Below, piece after piece: positions 10,284 through 18,610 of a stretch of 64,000 bases of DNA. Each line of letters opens with the position of its first letter. Positions within the stretch are counted from its first letter, which is position 1. A program made the position numbers and the translations under genes. The notes under the pieces were generated by a model, which saw only the letters and a program-made list of their open reading frames with translations, ran no database searches and was not told the origin of the DNA. Source of the DNA: Paramoeba atlantica (taxonomy: Eukaryota; Protista; Discosea); NCBI GenBank assembly GCA_977017575.1, contig CDRNVI010000053.1:620001-684000 (forward strand). Reading direction: 5' to 3'.

Positions 10284-10903
10284 CCGGAAACGGGTATGTA
10301 TACTTTGCTCACACATGCCCGTTTCCGGAACCCGCCTTCGCCGCCAAAGCTGTCCCTCTTTTTTTCGTTGGAGTAGGGGCCGCCTACTCGCACTCCCTGT
10401 GCAGCCGGTCATTCCCGGCCGAACACGCCCGCTAGGACGACGCCAGGAAGCTTAACCCCTTTCTGCAGTGAACTCCTGGTGCTCCGCCTTCCGGCTTTTC
10501 TCCCTTTCCGCCTCGCCTCTCCGGAAGGATACGCGCCTTGGGCCCTTAATACAGTAAGCTCGGGGCGTCGCCTGTCGCACTGCGCGCTTTCCCTCTTGAC
10601 GGAACGTTCCTCTCTCTGCGGTCTGCGCCGATGACGGGTTTAACCGCCAAATTGTCGGATCCCCGCGAGCTCTGCGGGTATGCTGAACGGTTGGGGTCCG
10701 TTCCCTCTCCTTCCCCTACAGAGCGGCAGGCGAAACCCCCCGTCCGAACAACGACCCGTTAGTTTCGGGTCCCTAATGGCATTCCTCCATGGGATGTGGC
10801 CAGACGGTGTCTCTCTCCACGTTGTTTGGGTCTGCGTGTAGGCCCCCCGTAAGAAGACGCCGGTTTTTCTCTAGTCGTACGCCAAGCCAGGACGGCGTAT
10901 TCC
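10284..10903 (+). ncRNA. Candidate large structured non-coding RNA (identity unknown)
   Basis: About 60-65% GC by hand count against roughly 30-40% in sampled flanks; no + strand ORF; at least ten helices, many needing G-U pairs that only work on the + strand. Confidence 0.6.
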
Positions 10904-11229
10904 TGTCAAGTAGTAAAACCTCGCAAGGTAACCTAAAACGTCAGGATGATTAAATGACACAGTGTAAAGGAATGAAGTCTTCAAAACAATTTGGTGGAAT
11001 GTTCTGGTGGAATTTGTCTTAGAATTCTCTATTAGGTGAAAAAAGCTTCGTCCAGGGGCTTTTAAATGCTCTTTAATTAATTGCATTCATAATCTTTACA
11101 TGCACATACATACATGTATGTATGTGTTATAATTACATAGATTTTAATATTTACGTAGATTTTTTTTGAAAATACTCATCAATACTCTGTACTCTACTGC
11201 TTTGACACTACTGTCTTAACTATGTTTCA

Positions 11230-14200
11230 ATGGATCCGGGTAACTTAATCTGCGAAGCAACCAGGACGTACGCAGCATGTGACGCGGCTGAAACGCAGCC
11301 TCCACCTTCTCAGGCTTATTCGGGTGTGGAATACACTGCTTCTAGGAATTGCAACTTATCACTTTCCTCCTCTGTTGATGAAGCGTCGCAGCAAGGGGGC
11401 AGAGCGTATTCTGGAGAATCTCACCCCAAGACATACACAATACCTGTGAATAAAATAAAGTCTTTTCTACTGCCTACACATGATCGTAAGCACAGTCATG
11501 TACTCACGTGCGGCACGATATCACAGGAGCATTCTCTTTTCTGTTTGGACTGTGTTCAAGATATATTCTCATCTAGCAGCGCGAAGCATGATAAATATCG
11601 CTCTTATAAAAACAAGAATCTGGAATACGATCAGTCACTTCACCCGACTAATACTGAAGGAAGTATTATTTCATTGACTTACTTTGATCGCATTCTGCCT
11701 CGGCTTGATATTATCGCACAGCTACGAAGATTGCAGTCCTGTTTCATGGTATTTCAAAATGAAGCAGAATGGTTGCGAAGTTTTTGTCGGACATTTTTTT
11801 GGAGCTCTCCCGTCGAACAATTTGACGACTATTATTATTCACAGCTTGCAGCATTTCTGGTGACTTTAGTTTCGGAAAACCCTTGTCTCACGATCTCTGA
11901 TCTATTAAACCCCATATCAAATCCTATTGCTGGAGAAACAAAAGATACAGTTCGAGTTTTATTGACAACCTCGCAGTTATTCCTGCTGCGGCACATGCTA
12001 CAGAATACAAAAGAGTGGCTCTTGGAAGTGAAAAGTCATATCTTCTGCACTTATTCGATCTCTGGACTATGGAATTGTCTTCCTGACTGCCTATTGGGAC
12101 AACGTTTATCTTCAAAATATTTCTCAAATTTACCAGAACAATCAAAGTCTGCACCTCTGGTGCGAGTAGAATTCAGCAATGCTATTAGTAGCAAAGTTAA
12201 TGAAGATTCGTGTAATCGAATCGTACCAGAAGCGTTCATCATTTTAGAATTTTTACACTATTTGTTCGTTCGTGAGACCTCCCCTGGAGCACAAACATTA
12301 TCTCTTGACCTTCGCCTTGCGCTGCGAAATGCTGGCTCAAATTTATGCTTTATACTACTTCAATCTCCTCAAAATGAGAAAACAGTGCAATGCTGCATTG
12401 ACCTTATGCATTTTTTCCTGGAAATACTTACGAAGACTCGCGAAAATATGGAGCTCGAAATGACTCCATGCCACGAACAACTAAAATCACGTACTAGCGA
12501 ACCACCAGAAAACGTTAACGCTGGTGCGCCTGAATGCCTCAATGAATCAAATCTTATTATGTTGGAGAGTAATGGAAAATGGCTTTTGAATTTGCTGCAA
12601 AACTATTTTGTAGACTTGCCTAAGTTGGTAGAAATGTTTTGTCTTACGTTGTTAGCTTCCAAGCTTGAAATACGTCGCGGTGCTCTGATTTTATTGTATC
12701 GTACGTGGAGTATCGCTGTTGATGCCTTTGAGTCGCAAAGTCGCAAAAATCCAGAAAATAGTTGCATGGTTTCGTCCATAAAATGGTACCATGATCTTAA
12801 GAAGACACTTTGTCACGGTGCCTTGGGGGACTACTTGCTTGAAAGCTTGAGGCTTGTACCATCACTAACAAAGTGGGGCTGTAACCTTGATGCTCAAACA
12901 TATGTATCTCATACATGGTGCTATACACTGAATTCCATTATCGCATATCATCCTGAGGCGTTCTGTTCATATTACGGAATGAAAACTGTAGTTCTTAAAG
13001 CAGCGAATTCTATGCGCGATGGATTGCAGCATTCTTTTTCTGCCAATTATGTGCCTGTATTTCGTACATTGATAGATATTTTTTCTTTGCATCGAGTGAT
13101 ACCAGACTCAGCTACAGGCGTTCAATTCTCCTTACCTCAGAGCACTTGTCCATTAGAGGCATCTGTGTCGCACCTTTTGCCGGAAGTCGTACAACTAATG
13201 AAACCCCTGGTCGAGCATGGTATCATATCCGGCCATGGTTCTGAATTTTTTATCTCTGTCTTTGAGCTTCTGCACGCAATATTATACTGTGTTCAAAAAC
13301 AAGATGAAGCCGAATTATTCTCCCAGATTCTCACACGCTTTCTAGAGTCAGCCACCTACGACTTTAAAAGTATAACAGAAAAGAATGAGATGCAAGCCAT
13401 CTCCTTGCATAAGTACGAAATTATAACTTTCCTCCTCCACGATTGTATTACACATCCGTGTATGTATGCTTTTCTAGAGCATTGCCTTCTCTGCAAGGCA
13501 TTTTCAATAATACTTAACGTGTTTTTGAATTTTGGGAAATTTTGGAGCGTTTGCAAAGAAGGCTTTCTTTCCAGCATACTGAGGCTTATTAGTTGGCATA
13601 TTATGCCTCGTGCAAGAGGCCAGAAACTAACTTGTGTATGGCCATCAGACGACTATTATTTAAAAATGGACACATTTTGTTCAAAAATTCAGAACACTCC
13701 AGGTGTCCACAGCATGATACTTAAAAGTCTTTTAGATCTACCTGGTTGCGCTATCCCTTCTCCGCATTGCGGAATTTGTGAGGATAATGCATGCGGCAAA
13801 AACTTTCTTCAACAACTTATAGTGGAGATTCTGATCTTTTGCAAGTTTATTCTTCCGTGTGATGCAGATCAATACTTGTGCTTGCTTTGCTCACTCCCTT
13901 CGAAAGGAGGTGACATCATGCTGCTTCTAAAAGCTCATTCCATATCGCCAAAGACTCAATATTTAATTCTCTGTCTTCTCTACGAGATCATGTGTGTAGA
14001 TAGTTCTCCTTTCTGCCGCTCGCAAGCCATTCTTGAAACCAATCTACCGTGGGGATTGGAACATAAGCTCCTCTTTCGTGTCCTCGTACAATTAATGGAA
14101 GATCGTCATGAATCTCTAGAAAACGGAAGTTTTTTTCTACTGTCAAGTTGCATCCTAATTTTCCGCGATCTTGGATCTGATGAATCTTTTCATATTCCAT

Positions 14201-16356
14201 TGATAGATGTACAGCTTGTACGCCAAATAATTGCTCGAAGACTTTATTCAGTGAACTATGAACGCAAGGCAAGATCTCGTGAAAGTTTTTCTGTAATAGA
14301 TACAGGTGTACCCTCACATCCGCCACGTTTTTTCGTAGCGTGGATGGCGAGAATGTCAGAAGAGCACACATCATTCGTGCCAGCAGTATTTCAAGCATTC
14401 GTAGAGTTTTCCATTCTACATTCCAATTTAGTTATGTCTTTTCAGGGGGCTTTCCATCTTCTCTTTCGGAGAGTCTCACATTCTACGAATTCAGAGCCTT
14501 GGCTAATAAATCAGACGGAGAGTGCTCCTTGCATGAATAACAGTAAATATGAACATGCCCATTTTATACTTTTATTGTGGAAATCATTAACTACGCAATG
14601 GAGGATGACACAATCTCTTATAGATGAGACACTAGGTTTCGACAATCTTTGCTGCCAAATGCTTTGTTCAATTACCTTGGTTTTGGAGTTGTTATTGCTA
14701 CAACAAATCCACGATACGCAATACTTTATCGAATTAACGAAGGTTGTCCATAAGTATTTTATTTCGCACGGCCCACGTATTCCTCGATGCGCTCTTCAAC
14801 ACTTGTTTTGCGTTCAATGCCTTCTGATGCACTTGGAGCAAACAACAGTTGAACGTGCTTCAGTATCGGATGCCTACGACACATCTCTAACTAAGGCTCT
14901 GTGCAGTATTTTGCTAGAGAAATCTGAAACTTTGACTGCTAAAAAAGAAACGAATCTTGATGGGAGTACGATGGGTTTTAAATCATTCGATGTGACGCTT
15001 AAAATGTGTAATTTCTGCCTAAGAAATCAAACCCAAAGCTATCATTTACAGGATAGTACAATTCTTTTGTCGTGTCTTTGCCTATTATTCCTACGTCCTC
15101 GATTCCGTGACTGTATCAAGATTTTCTTTTCGCTAGCCAATGTTCCGTTCAATTCGGAGGTTATCCACAGAAACTGTGACAGCTCTTCATGCATACTCCT
15201 CTTTGGTCGCATACAATTGAGAGACGCTTCGATTTTGTACTCAGCTGGTGATCTGGTTCTTGCTCTCAGGCACCGTGGCATACTGTTTACTGACGAGCGT
15301 GTTGGCGTAACAATCAACGATGTCATTGGTCTGTGTTTTCCCTCATTACAAGTTGCAAAGACTTTTCAATATCCGGACTTCGTCCGGGAAAAGTGGTTAC
15401 AAGTGTTAACCGTCAGCATATTCGATGCCAATTTTGTGTCCCTGTGTAAAGATGAATATCTCACTCATCCGAAGCACTCCTGTCAGCTACCTCAACATAT
15501 GTGGAGAAGTCTGTCTGGTTCTTTTATTGAAACACTAACGGCTTGTTTGTATCAATCCTACCCTCTCTGCATTTCTTACGTTTGTTTTATGCGCTCCTGG
15601 CTGCAAGCTTTTCATGGAGCCCTAATCGAACATGCTGCACTTTGCTTTATTTTTAAATTAATTCTAAGCGAGTGGGACAGCACTTTGTTGCGCAACTCTC
15701 CAACTGATTCTGATTTCGGTAAGATGTTGAAACATGATTCTGAGTTGTCGGACGTAGAATCATATTCTGTTACAGGATGTCAGATGTTTTTTATTTGGAT
15801 CTGTCTTAAACATCGGCCGCGCTGGATGACACCACAGTTAAGGAAGAAAACTATATTCAGTGTTTCTCGGATCATTGATTGGCTTGCAAATTCATATACT
15901 CCAATACACTGCTCTACCGATCCTGCAAATGGCCCTTGCAATCTCTGCGATATAATACACATTGTTTCGTATTTTATCGTCACGTCTTGTCAACTCTTAC
16001 TTGAGTTGATATGTCAGAGTCATAACCTTGATGAACTTGACACAAAATGTCAAAAAGAAGTATGTGATAAAGCAATACACTCAGTAAGTGACCTCCTTGA
16101 AAAATTGAAGCATTCAAGCTATTTAAATGACGAAAACAAGACTGTCACAGTAAAACACAAGGATGAAACAACGAAGCACTTTATTTATTTGCAGCAATAT
16201 AGCGTAGATCTTCTTGGGTACTATGATTTGTGTGAGATATGGCGTGATCTTGATCCTTGGATGTGGGCTAAATATCGGTCGAAAGACGCAATTCGTTTTT
16301 CTTCTCTTTTACTACAACAACTTAACGTTTTATCTAGTGATCAGTACAATAATTGA
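11230..16356 (+). CDS. Large (1708 aa) Leu/Cys-rich, probably alpha-solenoid protein of unknown function
   Basis: 5.1-kb uninterrupted ATG-initiated ORF with amphipathic helical composition; no motif confidently recognised. Confidence 0.85.
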   Translation: MDPGNLICEATRTYAACDAAETQPPPSQAYSGVEYTASRNCNLSLSSSVDEASQQGGRAYSGESHPKTYTIPVNKIKSFLLPTHDRKHSHVLTCGTISQEHSLFCLDCVQDIFSSSSAKHDKYRSYKNKNLEYDQSLHPTNTEGSIISLTYFDRILPRLDIIAQLRRLQSCFMVFQNEAEWLRSFCRTFFWSSPVEQFDDYYYSQLAAFLVTLVSENPCLTISDLLNPISNPIAGETKDTVRVLLTTSQLFLLRHMLQNTKEWLLEVKSHIFCTYSISGLWNCLPDCLLGQRLSSKYFSNLPEQSKSAPLVRVEFSNAISSKVNEDSCNRIVPEAFIILEFLHYLFVRETSPGAQTLSLDLRLALRNAGSNLCFILLQSPQNEKTVQCCIDLMHFFLEILTKTRENMELEMTPCHEQLKSRTSEPPENVNAGAPECLNESNLIMLESNGKWLLNLLQNYFVDLPKLVEMFCLTLLASKLEIRRGALILLYRTWSIAVDAFESQSRKNPENSCMVSSIKWYHDLKKTLCHGALGDYLLESLRLVPSLTKWGCNLDAQTYVSHTWCYTLNSIIAYHPEAFCSYYGMKTVVLKAANSMRDGLQHSFSANYVPVFRTLIDIFSLHRVIPDSATGVQFSLPQSTCPLEASVSHLLPEVVQLMKPLVEHGIISGHGSEFFISVFELLHAILYCVQKQDEAELFSQILTRFLESATYDFKSITEKNEMQAISLHKYEIITFLLHDCITHPCMYAFLEHCLLCKAFSIILNVFLNFGKFWSVCKEGFLSSILRLISWHIMPRARGQKLTCVWPSDDYYLKMDTFCSKIQNTPGVHSMILKSLLDLPGCAIPSPHCGICEDNACGKNFLQQLIVEILIFCKFILPCDADQYLCLLCSLPSKGGDIMLLLKAHSISPKTQYLILCLLYEIMCVDSSPFCRSQAILETNLPWGLEHKLLFRVLVQLMEDRHESLENGSFFLLSSCILIFRDLGSDESFHIPLIDVQLVRQIIARRLYSVNYERKARSRESFSVIDTGVPSHPPRFFVAWMARMSEEHTSFVPAVFQAFVEFSILHSNLVMSFQGAFHLLFRRVSHSTNSEPWLINQTESAPCMNNSKYEHAHFILLLWKSLTTQWRMTQSLIDETLGFDNLCCQMLCSITLVLELLLLQQIHDTQYFIELTKVVHKYFISHGPRIPRCALQHLFCVQCLLMHLEQTTVERASVSDAYDTSLTKALCSILLEKSETLTAKKETNLDGSTMGFKSFDVTLKMCNFCLRNQTQSYHLQDSTILLSCLCLLFLRPRFRDCIKIFFSLANVPFNSEVIHRNCDSSSCILLFGRIQLRDASILYSAGDLVLALRHRGILFTDERVGVTINDVIGLCFPSLQVAKTFQYPDFVREKWLQVLTVSIFDANFVSLCKDEYLTHPKHSCQLPQHMWRSLSGSFIETLTACLYQSYPLCISYVCFMRSWLQAFHGALIEHAALCFIFKLILSEWDSTLLRNSPTDSDFGKMLKHDSELSDVESYSVTGCQMFFIWICLKHRPRWMTPQLRKKTIFSVSRIIDWLANSYTPIHCSTDPANGPCNLCDIIHIVSYFIVTSCQLLLELICQSHNLDELDTKCQKEVCDKAIHSVSDLLEKLKHSSYLNDENKTVTVKHKDETTKHFIYLQQYSVDLLGYYDLCEIWRDLDPWMWAKYRSKDAIRFSSLLLQQLNVLSSDQYNN

Positions 16357-16404
16357 GAGTTATTTTCGAATGGGTTATTAATACCTTCATTATTGCAAAC
16401 ATAA

Positions 16405-16514
16405 TTCAATGAACCTTCGTCTTTAACAAGGTTTAACTTTGTTTGCGGTTTTCTTGCAGTTCAATGAAACTTCGTCTTTAACGAGGTTTAACTTCACTTT
16501 CGGTTTTCTTGCTG
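16405..16514 (+). repeat. 55-bp tandem repeat, 2 imperfect copies
   Basis: TTCAATGAA(C/A)CTTCGTCTTTAAC(A/G)AGGTTTAACTT...CGGTTTTCTTGC at 16405 and 16460. Confidence 0.9.
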
Positions 16515-17068
16515 TTCTTCTTTATTAAAATTAATTTTTCTTGTAAATAGAATGTACACTACATTTATTTTCTTTTTTACTTTGTGTTTTAGGTTTGTCT
16601 TAGCTATTGTAAGCTTTGCGTGAGTAATTTGAATTCTGTATGTAATTGGAAATACATAAATAATACAAAACTTATTTTTTATGTGTAGTATATTTCTTGT
16701 TTTTTATCCGCTATATGACTTTTCAATTTATACTAAACCAACCATAAAACATTACAGCTATGGTTCGATGCGTTTATGGTTTTCATGTAAATCTGTCTTG
16801 TGAATCCTAGTAGTCTTTATATAGTGTAGCATCACTTTTCATTCAAGGAATCTGTGTCTTTCTGATTATTACTTTGATACAGCATTGGTGTTTCAGGTCA
16901 ATAGTCGGCTCTTTATTTATAGTAACGTCTTTATGTACATTCTTCTGCTAGGGTTTTACTAAAAGAACTAATTTTGGGTGACCCAATTTATTTGAGTTTT
17001 ACTTTCGTGGACAATCCACACAGCAAAAGTTGTACAGATAAAAAACTCGATGATATCATAATGATAAA

Positions 17069-18232
17069 ATGCCTATAGACACTCATTATTACCAAGCGCT
17101 GGGTGTTACACATACCGCCACTGAAAATGAGATTCGTACTGCATACAAACGACTAGCACTTCTCTATCACCCGGACCGAAACCAAGACGATTCCGATGCT
17201 GGAGAAAAATTCAAGAAAATAGGGGAGGCCTATGAAATATTAAAAGATACACAAAAAAGAACACTTTACGACACGCACGGAAAACAGGGTCTCGATCAGT
17301 CAAACAACGAGAAGACGTCTGCTGAAGATGTTTTTTCTGCGTTCTTTGGGGGAGGATTCTCTAAAGAGCCAAAGCCGCGTGACACTGTTATAGACTTAAA
17401 TCTTTCGTTGGAACAGGCGTACAATGGGTGCACAACTCGCCTCCGTGTGCCTCTGGACCGAAAATGTCATTCATGTTCGAGTACAGGTCTCCGGCCTGGA
17501 TCTCGACTCCGTACGTGTTGGCAGTGCGACGGCCTTGGCTTTACGTCCCATCTGCGCGACGGTTTCGAAGCTACTTTCATAGGAAATTTTCTTTCCCAAC
17601 CCTCTCACCGAAAACGCGTTCGTCAGACTTGCGACGTCTGCGCGGGAGCAGGTAAAGTGTTTCCTCCCGATCATATCTGCCGTACATGTGACGGTTGTCG
17701 TGTGGTCCGTGAGACGAAAACGCAATCTATTGATGTTCCCGTTGGATGCCAAGATGGCGATTACATTCGTATCCGCGGCATGGGACATTCTCTTCCTGAA
17801 ATGGCACAAGACGGAGATGTACTAGTATTCTTTCGAATTTCTACGCATGCCGTATTTCGTCGTCTTGGGAACCATCTGGAGTACACACACCGTATTACGC
17901 TACGTCAAGCGCTGTGTGGGTTTGACCTTTCTTTAAGACATCTCGACGGCAAAATACGCCGTATTGCTATAGGTTCCGGAGAAGTAGTTGACATGAACGC
18001 TCCATGTTACGTGTATCAGCAAGGGATGCCACTCCCTTCCTCCAACGAGAAGGGGCATCTCATAATTCATTTTCAAATTATATTTCCTCCTTTATTTAAC
18101 GGAAAGTGTCGCGAGACCATTGCGCAGGCTCTATCGTATGCTCCACCTTCTGATTATGAAACGTGCACCGCTAAAGTAATTAAACTTACCCCAACATCGA
18201 ATATGCTTCAGACTGGAAGGAAACGAAAGTAA
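17069..18232 (+). CDS. Type I DnaJ/Hsp40 co-chaperone
   Basis: J domain with HPD, short G/F region, four CxxC motifs (CHSC, CWQC, CDVC, CRTC) and DnaJ C-terminal domains (ITLRQALCGF, GMP, GHLIIHF). Confidence 0.95.
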   Translation: MPIDTHYYQALGVTHTATENEIRTAYKRLALLYHPDRNQDDSDAGEKFKKIGEAYEILKDTQKRTLYDTHGKQGLDQSNNEKTSAEDVFSAFFGGGFSKEPKPRDTVIDLNLSLEQAYNGCTTRLRVPLDRKCHSCSSTGLRPGSRLRTCWQCDGLGFTSHLRDGFEATFIGNFLSQPSHRKRVRQTCDVCAGAGKVFPPDHICRTCDGCRVVRETKTQSIDVPVGCQDGDYIRIRGMGHSLPEMAQDGDVLVFFRISTHAVFRRLGNHLEYTHRITLRQALCGFDLSLRHLDGKIRRIAIGSGEVVDMNAPCYVYQQGMPLPSSNEKGHLIIHFQIIFPPLFNGKCRETIAQALSYAPPSDYETCTAKVIKLTPTSNMLQTGRKRK

Positions 18233-18273
18233 AGAAACTTGAGCCTTCTTTATATCTTCCCTCTTACGCGGTA

Positions 18274-18345
18274 GTCTGCTGATGAGCGCATCGAATGTGC
18301 CGAATGGGCTTCTGTATAGTAAGGTTCAACGGACTTCTGACAGAC
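18274..18345 (+). ncRNA. Candidate box C/D snoRNA
   Basis: Terminal stem GTCTG (18274-78) / CAGAC (18341-45) flanks box C TGATGA (18280-85) and box D CTGA (18337-40); 72 nt; preceded by a pyrimidine tract and AG. Confidence 0.6.
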
Positions 18346-18610
18346 GCTATGATAAGATAATGCGAGATCCCGCCGATGGCCTTCTATCGTATGTAGGCAG
18401 ACACAGTACAAAGTTACTATCTCTAATATTTCTGTTAACGACATAACTATTGGTGACTACGTATTTATAACGTTATGTAAGTTTTTTATTTATAAGCATT
18501 GAATTACATATAAACATTGAATTATAAGCATTGAATTACGCAAGAGCGTATATTCATACAAGATTCTTTATTCCTTTTTTCTTTATTCCTTTTTTCTTGC
18601 TTTCTTTATC

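Noticed and set aside
10628-10740. Hammerhead ribozyme (CCGATGA...CGAAAC)
   Set aside because: The bases that should close stem II do not pair, and the core halves are about 100 nt apart.
10765-10780. Canonical TTAGGG telomerase template (CCCTAA)
   Set aside because: Only one bare repeat (TCCCTAAT) with no alignment extension.
10284-10903. RNase P/MRP RNA identity for the structured segment
   Set aside because: No GAAAGUCC-type CR-I with a matching CR-V; the GGAAACGGG near the 5' end is explained by the local 16-bp hairpin.
16755-16775. tRNA T-loop-like GGTTCGA
   Set aside because: No T-stem, acceptor stem or cloverleaf; no tRNA recognised anywhere in the window.
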